Position numbers and translations under genes: made by a program
Part shown: positions 41,551-54,660 of the stretch, in pieces
Layout of the letters: the number at the start of each line of letters is the position of its first letter
How positions within the stretch are numbered: the stretch's first letter is position 1
Notes under the pieces: model-generated
Told to the model about the DNA's origin: nothing
What the model saw: only the letters and a program-made list of their open reading frames with translations
Databases searched by the model: none
Origin: Octopus vulgaris
Taxonomy: Eukaryota
Assembly: GCA_951406725.2 (NCBI GenBank)
Contig: OX597818.1
Coordinates: 116,808,001 to 116,872,000 of the forward strand
Reading direction: 5' to 3'
Length of the DNA stretch: 64,000 nt

Positions 41551-42538
41551 AATTACTGTAGTTTAATTTAGAACGTTGCACAAGATGCAATATAGACGAC
41601 ACTGATTTGATGCAAGCCCGATGCTGTAATATCACTCAGTATTAATATGAGAATAGAGAGCCAATCTCTGTTGCGCTTTGCTGAATATGGAGTCAGAGAC
41701 ACGGAGTCATCCCAGAGCAAATGGTATTATATTTTGATAGTTGTAGGGTGTTACGCTTTCAGGTTTTATGGATAAAGGTTTCAGAAATAACCCAATAAGT
41801 TTACCTTTAATTCCGTGAACTATTCACGGTCCACGCTAGTATCAATGATTGTTGCACGCCATAGCTTTACTCTATTTCATAATCACAAAACTTAATCAAT
41901 CTAACTATAGTATATATCAAATATAGAGGCATTGTATGAATGTGGAAGGTTAATATGCAAGATGGGATACAACTGTGTGCGTTATATACAAGACACATTT
42001 AAATATGTTGTAATGAAATACTGACAGTGATAATGTATGGGTATTGATTTTATTACTAGTATTAATACAATCCTTAAAATTAGTTGCCTGTAATATTATC
42101 GACAGCTTTATTATTCTGTAATGTTCCAGAATGAAAACTAAATAATTTATGATGCATAGATAACTGATTTACAGTATAGAAAATTACAGATATGAATATT
42201 TGAATATATGAGTATATGATAGGGTTTAATTTATATGAGATACAAGATTAGGGCAATAATTAATATTTCGATTATAACTTGTATATCATGTAATGTACAG
42301 AGATTATCTAAAATATAAACATTAGTTTTAAGTATATATTAAATTTTATAAGTTAGTAGTTACAGCGGAAATGAGCTATACATCCATAATCAGCGTGTAC
42401 ATACACACATACATACTTAGGTACACACACATATATATATACACATATGTTTATGCATATATATGTATACATATAAGAATTTTTGCGTAATGAGATAAAA
42501 AACCAAGGTTGTGTAGATAGAACATTTATAGATAGACG

Positions 42539-42590
42539 GTCTTACAGCTGTTTCCAGGATATTTATTAATTATATCCCTTCATCGGAGAC
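42539..42590 (-). ncRNA. Minimal type I hammerhead motif (U4C variant)
   Basis: Minus strand GTCT|CCGATGA|AGGGATAT-AATTAATAA-ATATCCTG|GAA|ACAGCTGT|A|AGAC, giving a GUA cleavage triplet. Confidence 0.75.
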
Positions 42591-43317
42591 GGTGTATATA
42601 TGTAAACATATATACAGTTGTCTGTTTATTAATATACACACATATGTAATGAAGTGGTTTGTAGCTTCTTTCTGACTCAATGAAATGCTCCTGAAAAATC
42701 TAATCCTAAATTGCGATGAACTGCTAGAATTTAAATCATTGATCTTTCACTTTGACATTATGAAACAAAATTGGATGATAACGCTTTTCATTGAATTTGA
42801 CCACGGCATTTATCTAGAGTATGTTGTACCATCAGGTACTACCATCATGCACAATATGTACTGCTGAAAGCAGATGTAGACGACTAACATTGTTCTCAAT
42901 AAAAAAAATTATGCTATTTGATTATCTGTGGTAGTCTTTAAGTCTAGAAACCTCGGGAAGAATTCATCTCAGAGTGCATTAAGTAATTTCACAAGGCATC
43001 TCATCCGATGTTCTAAAAATTCCAACATCCACCCTCTTCGATTTGTAATTTATTTATCGACCGCAAAATAATATATTGTAAAGTTTACATTGACAGAATT
43101 TGAAATCAGAGAAGATGAGTGGAAAATAAATACTGCAAGCAATGCTGTTCCCCAAGCAAAACTGATTATTCACCACTTTTGATACTCATTAAGAAAGGTA
43201 AAGCAATGGCGAGCCTAGCAAAGTTCAAATAATGTCTGGACTTTTTATATATCTAATGCATTTCGATATTTTTTAACACTGCGCAAGAATCGGGGCAGTT
43301 TTTACTTTCGAAAATGG

Positions 43318-43463
43318 TATTTCGTCTGTCTTTACATTCTGAGTTCAAATTCCGCCGAGGTTGACTTTGCCTTTCACCCTTTCGGGTTCGATAAATTAAG
43401 TACCAGTTGCATACTTGGGTCGATCTAATTGACCGGCCCCTTCCCCAAAATTTGGGGCCTTGT
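43318..43463 (+). mobile_element. Nin-like SINE lacking its head
   Basis: Begins at GGTATTTCGTCTG. Confidence 0.65.
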
Positions 43464-43534
43464 ATAAATGTTCTGAAATCTTTCATAGCTTTAGATTTTT
43501 TTATCTCATTCTGTATATATGTATATATATATAT

Positions 43535-43700
43535 ATGACGGGCTTCTTTCAATTTCTGTCTACCACATCCACCACTCATATGGCTTTTGGTCAACCCGAG
43601 GTTACAGTAGAAGACACTTGCCCAAGTTGCTACGCAGTAGGACTAAATCCGGAACCATTTGGCTGGTAAGCAAGCTACTTACCACACAGCAATTCCAGCA
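43535..43700 (-). mobile_element. CORE-like SINE 5' half
   Basis: Same family as 494-660. Confidence 0.7.
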
Positions 43701-45639
43701 CCTTATATTGTAAAGAATTGAAATTATATAGAAATAAGTAAGGCTACCGTTCAGAGATTTTCTTTGTGTTCACTTTGTTAATAACAATACTTGAATAAAA
43801 TGTAAATGGCTTTCAAAAAGACGGATTTTATTTGGAGGATAAGAGATTTCATTGACTCAATTAATAATTCAAATTTTAGACGGAGGAAGTTTGAAGAAGC
43901 TGAGGCGGGGGTTTCCCAGCAGCTTCTCTCAGAAGGTTTCTGAAAGTGGATGGTGTATCTGCTGCGAGGTGGATCACCAAGAAATGTGGGGAGAAAGCAG
44001 TTGAGGGTAGTGCTTGGATTACCAGGAGGTTTGTGAAAGCGTATAAGACCACACAACTGGTATGAGTCTGGTTGCAACGCAATACGTCCAGCTGTTGCAG
44101 GTCCATCGTGTGGAGAAATACTGAGAATAATGGGCCGAAATCTCGGCGAAGCACGGTACTCAGCTGATGGTTGCAGCCGGACGAGAAATGGAGCACTCGG
44201 TGTTTTTCTTGTACTGCTTCGCTGTTATTTGAACTCAAAATCTAAAAAGTTAAACGCATTCATGATAAGATGTTTCAGTCACATTCCTAATACTTTTTAA
44301 AAACACACCACTTTTTCTTTGCGTAGGAAAATAATAATTTCTTTGCGTAGGAAAATAATAATTAATGCAATGGCATTAAAAATACAAGACATCAAATTAT
44401 CGAGAGCCAAATGTCGAGAATTATAATCCGCGTCAATTTATGAACGTATTATGCACAATTTCAAATCTGTTTGGGCAGTGGTCATAATTAGAATGGCAAT
44501 TGTTTGTAGTGGAAAGGAAGAGAAAACAAACCAGGAATTACATAAAATCCTCATTTACCTTCAGTACGCTACTTAAACGCCATTAAATATGACCCATTAT
44601 CCTGAATTATTATCACGCTTATAAAGATCAAGACGCTCTTTGAAAAATGTTATTGTGAAAACAATTTCCTGACAGTTATGATAATTACAACAAAGTTTAA
44701 TTATGGACTTAAATGGCCAAAGTAGCTTAGGTTAGAAAGTTGACCCTTCAATGCCAGAGAATAAACGATTTTCATAGTATTACCGTTATGAGTGTGTGCA
44801 TGATTACGCAGTCTAATCATTAAATAGAGTTTGATTCAGAAAAAAAGTTTGTATTTAAATCACTAAAAAGACACATTCTTTCTGTTCACTCAAGTATAGA
44901 AGTTCAAAACCAATCACTGGTTAATATTGTTGATGTTGTCCTTAGCTATAAGTAACTCTGAATGATATCTTAGATCCAGAAGTACATTTTCCAAATCGTT
45001 CTTCCGATTGGACTTAAAGAAAAAACTGTTTGCTTCTGATAAACATTTGATATTAATTCTAGAATTTTATGATTATTTTTGAATAAATTTCTAAGTCACT
45101 GTCTAGTAGTTTGAAGCATGCATGCTAATTGTTTCACTGTTATTGCTTACAGTTTATCTTGATGGTCAAATTGAAGATGGAAGGAAAGGTAATTCGAATG
45201 ATGTCGTGTATTTGTTATATGAGTCAAAAGTTTGGGAAAAGGGCACACCTTAATTTGTTTCCAAAAAATGGGAAAAAGTGCCCCGATGTTGAGACAGGTC
45301 TTGCACTGCCTTCAGTTATAGAGTCAAAATCGAGGGTGATTATTGATGTGGGGCGATGCAAAAGAACTAGAAGGATTACAGGAATAAATATTGACCCTTC
45401 AACAACTGTTTGAAATTTGCAGCGGAGCATCGGGTATAGAAGCTAGAAAGTGGACGCTGAATCAGGGAAGAAAGCGTTAAGGAATGGTATAAAATGTCTG
45501 CTCTGCACTGATTTTGTGCAACAGAGACAGACCATGTCTTGATTTCAGTGGATGAAATAAGGTGGAGTCTTTCGATCAGTGACTGCAAGAAGCAGAACAT
45601 TGCACTGGATAGCAACACCATCTATCAGAAGGCCAGGCC

Positions 45640-45960
45640 TCGATCAATAACCTGGTCGATGCCCACTCAGATCTGTTGACGGATGAAAATCTTACAGAGA
45701 TGACGAAATCAGCAAGTAAGGAAGAAGACAAACAAGAGGGGAAGAAAAAGAAGTCAGCCTATCACTAGAATGCCTCTCAACTTTAACAAAAACGGCAAAA
45801 GAACGTCAGAGAAAGGCGGAAGATTGGGACCGCCAGAGGATTGCAGTTCAGAAATGCAATCGACAGAGCCATGGAAGTTTATAAAAACCTCCTCTAAGAG
45901 AGTTAGAAAACAGACAAAGTCCATGCTGTATTTACTTCAGTTAAAAAGCTAATAAGACTT
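45640..45960 (+). pseudogene. pogo/Tigger-like transposase C-terminal remnant
   Basis: LVDAHSDLLTDENLTEMTKSASKEED acidic motif. Confidence 0.45.
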
Positions 45961-46246
45961 CAGGAAAAAAATCTTGTTAGGGATCTAGCTTGTCACTGAT
46001 TTTGGGGTTGGTTTTAATTCATAGTCTTGTTTATCAAATATTTGTATATCAAAATCTAAGACCAAAGAGCATTGTCTGTTAAGAAAGGGCCCGAGGGATT
46101 TGACACAATCATAGTGGGTATAGTCAGGAAACTTGTCAAGATTAGTTTGAAGTAGTAATAAAATAACTGTCTATAATGAGGTTTGGTAAAGGAAGATTTA
46201 AATCAAGAAGCTAGTTATCAGTTAAAGGGGCAATACTAATAAAACA

Positions 46247-46291
<45 letters not shown>

Positions 46292-46366
46292 GTATGTATG
46301 TATATATATGTATATATCTGTCTGTCTGTCTCTTTGTTTATGTATGTATGTATGTATGTATGTATG

Positions 46367-46400
<34 letters not shown>

Positions 46401-47951
46401 TGTATGTTTGCATGCATCTATCTATCTACTTGCCTGCCAGCCTGTCTGTGTATGTATGAATTTATGTATGCATGTATGTATGTATGTACGTACGTACGTG
46501 CACGTGCTCGAAAGGCAAGGTGGTTAACTATCTTGTTTGAGCTTCTTCGGTTTCGAGGTCATCACTCATTTATTCTCCGTTGACCTCTACTACATTTTAA
46601 GAATGACTGCAAAATTTATTTCGGAAATGCATGTCAATTTTCAACATCTGCTTGAACAAATTCCCTCCTCTTCCTCCGGGGGTGGGAATTATTGCTCATT
46701 AATCATCTCTGTTGACATTGAGGTAATTTTATAAAACATAATTTTTTTATGAAAAGAAATTTTAAAAGTCTTGACTGTGGGAAATAAGAACAAATTAACA
46801 GCAAATGAAAGTTGTTTTGGAATGTAAGACAACAGCAGAGGATTGAGAAGAATGGCAGCAGAAAGAACAAAGGTGGAAAATGTTTAAATTGTAACAATGT
46901 AGCCGCCTTTGTATCCATGTAGTTTTAGGCGAGTGATCGTGGTATTTTCTATTTCTGCTGTAGATTTACCCAATGTTTTTGAATTTCCCAAACAGCTCTT
47001 ATCTATTCTTTAAATATAGGTCTTGTTTACGAGCGTTTCTAAACAATGATAAACCAAAAAAAAAAAGTAAACAGAAAACAAAAAATAAACACAATTTACT
47101 GGAATTCGAACTCAATTTTAAAAGGCAAATTTCTTAACACAAATTAATGACACAAATTTACTTGTCCAGATAATTCATCATCATTTGGAATTTTTCAGAT
47201 TTATACACGAAATAATAATTAGCAAACCCTTCATCATTTACGAATATATCTGCCATTGGCCTCCGAATATCAATTTTGTTTATGGAAAATATAGCAGTAT
47301 CGTTAATGAACATTCGATACAGTATTCGGTCAATTATGAATAATTTCTAGTTCAAAGTTTCTAGAAATGTGTTCACAAGTTCATACGAACATCAATTTTT
47401 ACGATTATTACTCACGAAATTAGAAGGAGAACCTGTCAATGCATCTATTACGGTTTCAGGGAAATCAGTGGTGTTCTATATCTTGTAATTTGTAGGCAAT
47501 TCAACATAAACAACAAATCTATAATTTCTTTTACATATCATTTTTATCTCTTTCTTAGAATTTTCCTCATGCATTCTATCTTGGTATTGATAGAAAAACG
47601 TGAGTAAAAATATATTAAGCGTATAAATTATTCTCTACAAATCTTATAAAATTAATGAAATGTTATTTAGCAGTAAAAAATATCTCTAAGCATATTTTAA
47701 GAAACGATAAACGACAAAATGAGAAAAATTGCATATCACCAAAAAGGACTGACCTCACTAGACATGTCTTGTATAAAATGCTAATAGCACAGGGTATTAG
47801 AAAAGGGTGGACAGAGAAGATAAAACTATAAGGGTAGATGATAATCGAGGGAAATATAATATTACTGATAAAAAGAAATCCATAACTGACATTCATAATA
47901 GATAGATAGATATACATCTCTATATAGATACATATACTTATATATATATAC

Positions 47952-48020
<69 letters not shown>

Positions 48021-48022
48021 TA

Positions 48023-48325
48023 CAGCGAGTAGGACATTCAAAACGTTGGAGCAGTTTGAATGGGAAATGATGCTCCACCCAACATATTCGCCAGACGTTG
48101 CCCCATCTGATTATCATTTATTCCGCAGTCTTCAAAATCATTTGGACTGAAAAAATATGAATTCTGTAGACGAGGCTAGAACAATAATGCGGGAGTATTT
48201 TTCATCAAGAACAAGTGAATTTCGGAAGAGGAGGCTTGCAAGTCTACCAGATAGATGGAAGAGCATTGTAGAAAATGTAGGAGAGTATTTTAGATTAAAA
48301 GAAAAGGACTTTGTTTATCTTAATG
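48023..48325 (+). pseudogene. mariner transposase C-terminal fragment
   Basis: Translates as [23 protein letters not shown]...LPDRWKSIVEN. Confidence 0.85.
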
Positions 48326-48394
48326 TGCATCTATATCTGTGTGTATGTGTATGTAAATACAGTTATGTTGAGTGTCATGATTAATAAAGCGCGC

Positions 48395-48450
<56 letters not shown>

Positions 48451-48701
48451 AACTATGGTTGCAGAACAAACAAATATAAGGTCATCAACGTAACATATCA
48501 CATCTCGAACATTTAATCGCATAATGCTTTTTCATACACATAGAATATAGATGCATAAAATCACAGAAGATGAAACATAATTCATTAATACAAGTATAGT
48601 TTACTATATTTGTCTCATTTACTTGAGCACTTCTATAGCAGTCCTATTAAACAGTTTGTTCCTGATAAGAAACAATCACTTTATTATTGATATATATATA
48701 T

Positions 48702-48766
<65 letters not shown>

Positions 48767-49867
48767 TATATATATATATATATGGCATTTATTGTTCTCT
48801 TCGGAGGTTACTTTATTTTAAACTCTTATTCTCCTCAGACTCTTTTCTGAGGAGATGCGACTCATAACAATTAGGTATGATTACCGTTTTGCATCGTAAT
48901 TTAATCACATGTCTATGAAATAGTATGATGAAGCCATGAGTTAAAATAATTGTTCGTCGTCTTTATTAATATGAAAATCAGTACAACTCTATTTTTTTGT
49001 TTTGGAATAGAAATGCATTAAAATTCATGTTTAGAAAGTAATTTATTCAACTTGTGATGTTTCGATTTTCTTGACTAGTTTTCTATCTGACTGAAACTTA
49101 ATTCAGATTTAGACCCAATTGAAATATATGTTCAATAGTTTGATTTGAATAAAAAATAAAGAACATTGTTATGGATAATTCTTTTAAAAATTGTTTATTT
49201 TCTTTCCTCGCAAGAGTCGTTATAATTATAGTATTTGTTTTAGTGATATCATGAATTTTGAATAGCAAAATATAGTTTGTAAAATATATAACTATCAGAC
49301 AGCAAATGTTGTCTTGCTTTGCCAAATGAAACAAAATCAGTGCAAATTCGAAGGAGATGCGGACAATAAAAAGGACAAAAAAAGAAGAGAAAAGAAAAAT
49401 ATACAAATGAATTCACAAATTCGATTAGTACGGCGACATGCCGTCTAATAGCTAAAAATGATATATTTTTTGTTCTTGTTAGTCAATTATTGGAAAATGT
49501 TTGCCATAATTTGTTAAGCAATCGAACATCTATTATATCCCGTTGCTAGGCTGAAAGTGCTGCTCAAACATCAAATAGAACACATTTTTATTTCAAGTAA
49601 TTACATCACAGTAAAGAGGAGTGTATGTTATCAGCTTCTTTCATATTGACAAATGTGAATGGTACATGGTTATGATGAAAGTGTCTAAGATAAAGAAACT
49701 GGAAAACAAGCATGTGTAAGACACAAATACGCTTTAGTTGATTATATATCAAATAGGTATAGGAAAACATATACACGAATATGTACACACATATTTAGAC
49801 TCACGGACACACAGACAGACACACTCTTATATAAGCGTGTATTTCTATGACATACATATACATTACT

Positions 49868-50034
<167 letters not shown>

Positions 50035-50106
50035 CATATATACATATATATACATGTATATATTCACATATACACACATATTTATATATACATATACATA
50101 CATATA

Positions 50107-50150
<44 letters not shown>

Positions 50151-50221
50151 TATATACATACATATATACATATATATACATGTAGATATTCACATATACA
50201 CACATATTTATATATATATAT

Positions 50222-50286
<65 letters not shown>

Positions 50287-50829
50287 CAGTCATATATATC
50301 TGTGTATGTGTGTGTTATATATGTATATTATATATGCAAATTTACTTAATATAATATTGTATAAAATTGATTAATTTAACTTACAGGAAATGAATATAGT
50401 ACACTGCACAATAAAATATTTATCAATTATCTAGATTAGAAACTGCAATTATATTTAAATTTAAGTTATAACCTGTTTAGCTTGGCAGTGTTAATAACGG
50501 CGAAAAAGAAAAAGAAAAAGATCAATTGTTGTGTAATTACATTAAAATATAAGTTTCAATTGAAGCGTTTATTTACTACTCTAAAAAGTATAAATGATAG
50601 CATTGTGTCCTTTTGTTGCTTAGACTTTGTCAATTCGGATTCAAGAGATCTATGATAATAATCTTTGACCTGTGATCTTACTGTTTTGCATGCAGTGTCA
50701 CCAAAGTAGAACAAACCAATGTTCCCTTCACTCCTTTAAATAAGATATCGATTATATTTAGGTGTACTTAAGCTACAGGCATACATCGATCCATTGCATG
50801 TATTGAAAAATATGAAGTTATGAATATTC

Positions 50830-51043
50830 TTTCCTACTCTAGGTACAAGGTTCGAATTTTTTGAGGAGGGGGCCCCAGTCGATTAGATCGACTCCAGTAC
50901 GCAACTGGTACTTAATTTATCGACCGTGAAAGGGTGAAAGGAAAAGTCGACCATGGCGGAATATGTACTCAGAACGTTAAGATAGACGAAATACTGATAA
51001 GCATTTCGCCCCGCGTTCTAACGTTACTGCGAGCTCGCCGCCT
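50830..51043 (-). mobile_element. Nin-like SINE
   Basis: Same family. Confidence 0.7.
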
Positions 51044-51089
51044 TATATACATATACATACATACATACATACATACATACATACATACA

Positions 51090-51125
<36 letters not shown>

Positions 51126-51238
51126 TATATACACACACATATCTATATATATATATTAGAAGAAATGAGGTACACAGAAATTCGGATGGTTTTATATTTA
51201 CAGATATTTATTTGTATATTACATGTTTTTATACATCA

Positions 51239-51633
51239 CTAGCAGTATCGCCCGGCGTTGCTCGGGTTTGTAAGGGAAATAATTATATAAGCATTTTTAG
51301 AGATGTAAAGTATAATAGCCATCTCAATATGGCTAACCACAAAGGGGGAGGGGTGTTACTGTAGCTTTTTACGTTCTGAGATTTAATAATAAATTTTAGA
51401 GAGTTACTTCCCTTATATATGTCAAAAATGGATTAAAAATGGGAAAAATTGATGTTAAATTTTTTTTTAAATCGTAGACTCATCGTAGATGCGCGCTAAT
51501 ACCCAGACGGTCTCGATATGAATCACGACTATAAGATACCCGGTTTTGGTTAAACTGCACCGCAAAATGTGGGAGTAGTTAGGAATCTAAATCGTAGGAG
51601 ACAGACACACAACCTCACTTTTATATATAAAGA
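51239..51633 (-). mobile_element. Non-autonomous Helitron
   Basis: Minus strand A|TCTTTATATATAAAA...CCCGAGCAACGCCGGG-CGATACTG-CTAG|T: 5' TC, 3' hairpin plus CTAG, A/T target and no TSD. Confidence 0.85.
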
Positions 51634-51732
51634 TTTCCTCTATTTACATAATATTGAGGTCTCTTTCTTTCTTTTGTTATCTTACTGTTTTTACCAATAT
51701 ACATATATATATATATATATAAATATATATAT

Positions 51733-52056
51733 AGTTACAGAGATGTACTTGCATAGCAAGTGACTTGATCTGAGATCGTGTGCTGGAACGAAAACAGTTG
51801 CAGCGTTGAAGGTGTTTATAAGCCATTTAAGAAACACACAAAAACCGTTAGATTCACTTCAACATTTAAATTTAATTTGTCAAAATATTTTCATCGCTTT
51901 GAGACCGCGACCTGTTAGCACGATATTTTTGTCAGTGAACAGGTCGCGGTCTCAAAGCGACGAAAATATTTTGGCAAATTAAATTTAAATGTTGAAGTGA
52001 ATGTAACGGTTTTTCTGTGTTTCTTAAATGGCTTACAAACACCTTCCACGCTGCAA
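51733..52056. mobile_element. Foldback element with G3:C8 hammerhead, family C
   Basis: About 119-bp inverted arms 51798-51916 and 51938-52056, (TA)n on both sides. The long tail recurs at 62668-62745. Confidence 0.8.
51928..51978 (+). ncRNA. Minimal type I hammerhead motif with swapped G3:C8 core pair
   Basis: TTTGTCA|GTGAACA|G|GTCGC-GGTCTCAAA-GCGAC|GAA|AATATT|T|TGGCAAA. The other arm reads TGACAAA, a perfect stem I. Confidence 0.7.
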
Positions 52057-52421
52057 TATATATATACACACATATATATATATGTTTGTATGTATGTATG
52101 TGTGTATATGTGTATGCATGTATGTGTGTGTGTGTGCGTGTCTGTGCTTGTGATTGTCCTCCACCACTGCTTGACAACGAATGTTGGTTTGTTTACATCC
52201 CTGTCACCTAGTGGTTTGACAAAGGAAACAGATAGAATAAGTACAATGCTTACAAAAATAAAAGTGGAGTTGATTCATTAAACTACAATTCTTCAAGCAT
52301 TGCCCCAGCATGGCCACAGACCAATGGCTGGAAAAAGCAGAAGAATAAAATAATACATTCTCTGCTTTGGTCTTATGTTCAAGGCATGAGAAAGCTTGAG
52401 TTTACATGAGAAGGCCTAACA

Positions 52422-52795
52422 GACCTGGTAGAAACAGCAGCCAAATCTCCCTCAAATCACACCTTACTGTCTTATGTATGTATATATATATATGAGCCAA
52501 TGAGGGGGACCTCTACATGGTAGCTAGACCTGGTAGAAATAGCAGCCAAATTTCCCCCAAATCACACCTTACTGTCTTATCTGTGTATATATGTATGTAT
52601 GAGCCTATGAGGGAGACCCCTACATGGCAGCTAGACCTGGTAGAAATAGCAGCCAAATTTCCCCCAAATCACACCTTACTGTCTTATCTATGTATATATG
52701 TATGTATGAGCCTATGAGGGAGACCCCTACATGGCAGCTAGACATGGTAGAAATAGCAGCCAAATCTCCCTCAAATCACACCTTACTGTCTTATC
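52422..52795. repeat. About 107-bp tandem repeat, about 3.5 copies
   Basis: GACCTGGTAGAAATAGCAGCCAAAT...CTACATGGCAGCTA repeated. Confidence 0.9.
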
Positions 52796-52888
52796 TTTCT
52801 GCTACTTGGATATAGGTCTTATATTCGTCCTGTCACACACTCACGCACACGCACACACACACACACACACGCACCCTCACACACACAC

Positions 52889-52928
<40 letters not shown>

Positions 52929-53109
52929 GTTAGCTTACAATTTTATTTATATATTTGCGTGTCAATGTGTGGAAAGAGGAAGTGGGAGGCAGAGTGAAAG
53001 AATCACTCACTACAGTAAGTGAATTACTTTCATTTTATTTCGTTGCCCACTGTGTGTGTGCGTTTGCGTGTGGTGTAAACCAGACTAAGAAAAGCATTTG
53101 ACACACACA

Positions 53110-53296
53110 CCAGAATGTGAGTTTTCTGTAAATTTTGCTTAATTGGAGTTTAAATTTTAAAAACTGGACCTGGCATGACGCAATGCATTGTGCTCTTAAA
53201 AATGCCAGGTAAATTGTAATTGAAGAAATCCTATATTGTAGATTTGTATAACTCCCAAAGGGAGGCAGCTAAAATCTGCCTTTTATAATAAGAGAT
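53110..53296 (-). mobile_element. Helitron-like 5' end
   Basis: Minus strand ATCTCTTATTATAAAAGGCAG...CTGCCT with a subterminal inverted repeat. Confidence 0.45.
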
Positions 53297-53371
53297 ATAA
53301 CTTAGATCATATATTAGCGCTTTCTCCTATTCTAGTGGGGTTTTCAAATATATATATGTATATATATAATC

Positions 53372-53535
53372 TTTTCTACCCTAGGCACAAGGCCTGAAAT
53401 TTATGGGGAGGAGTGTAGTCAATAAGATCGACCCCAGTACGCAACTGGTACTTAATTTATCGACGCGGAAGTGATGAAAACTTAAGTCGACGTCGGCGGA
53501 ATTTAAACTCAGAACGTAATACCGCTAAGTATTTC
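53372..53535 (-). mobile_element. Nin-like SINE
   Basis: Same family. Confidence 0.65.
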
Positions 53536-54620
53536 AGATCTATCGGACTCTCAAAGAGGTCAAATTGTTGGTGCTCGTATGGCAAGCATAGTGTTACGAA
53601 GACAGCCGAATATTTTTATGTATCAAGAAATACTCTCTCAAACGTAACGACCGCCTTTGAGAAAGAGGGAAAAACCTTGTTGAAACAACATTCTGGATGG
53701 AAACCAAAACTTTCAGGTAGGGACCATTTGACTCTTACGCGAATTGTCAGATAGGAACACAAAATTACAGTCCTAGAATTACTGCATAGCTTAATGACCA
53801 CCTCGAGAATGCAGTTACCACAAAACACTGTTCAGCGGGAGCTGCACAAACTTAGATTTCATGGGAAGGCTGCAATCAGAAAACCACTACATTAAAAAAC
53901 AAACGTTCCAAAACGTTTACAGTGGATTAAAATCCTACAGAATTGGTTCCTAGAGCAGTGGAAGAATGTTATTTTCTCGGACTAGTCATCCTCTACCACA
54001 TTTCCGACCACCGGCCGAGTATACGTCTGGAGACAGCCAAAAGAAGTATTTGACCTAGACTGCCTTCTTTTAACTGTTAAACATGGAGGAGGATCTGTGA
54101 TGATCGGGGGGGGGGGGGTGTGTGCTGTATCTTGGAAATACGCCGGCTCAGTGGTTTCTCTTCATGGCTGAATTAATAGTCAAGACTATTTAAGCATTTT
54201 ATCTGATCAAATTCATCCTCTGGTTGCGGAACTGTGTCCGGAGAAGAACACAATCTTTCAGGATGATAATGCACCAATTCACACAGCAAAGTTTCTTACT
54301 GAATGACACGAGGAACATTCTAGTGAAGTTGAACACATTTTCTGGCCATCATAGTCCCAAGATTACAATATTATCGAACATTTATTGTGCATTTTAGAAA
54401 AACAAGTAAGGAGTTGACATCCTCCACCATCATAACTACAAGAACTGTAAACTGTTTTAGCTGAAGAATGGACAAAAATTCCTTTGGAAACAATTCAAAC
54501 TTAGTACGAGTCTATATCTCAGAATTCAAGCTGTAATTATTGCCAAAGGTGGCCCTACCCCATATTAAAATAAATTTGTTTGAAATTTTGAGTTGTTTTC
54601 CTTATATTGTCCAAACCTTG

Positions 54621-54622
<2 letters not shown>
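53535..54622 (+). pseudogene. Decayed Tc1 transposase
   Basis: Remnants DLSDSQRGQIVGAR, WKNVIFSD*SS, VKHGGGSVMI, FQDDNAPIH, WPS*SQDYNIIEHL, with many stops. Confidence 0.9.

Positions 54623-54660
<38 letters not shown>

Noticed and set aside
43876-44238. 120-aa minus-strand ORF in a GC-richer patch
   Set aside because: No recognisable motif; likely a decayed transposon that I cannot classify.
48830-48875. CTGAGGA hammerhead-like core in a short hairpin
   Set aside because: No GAAA or stem III downstream.
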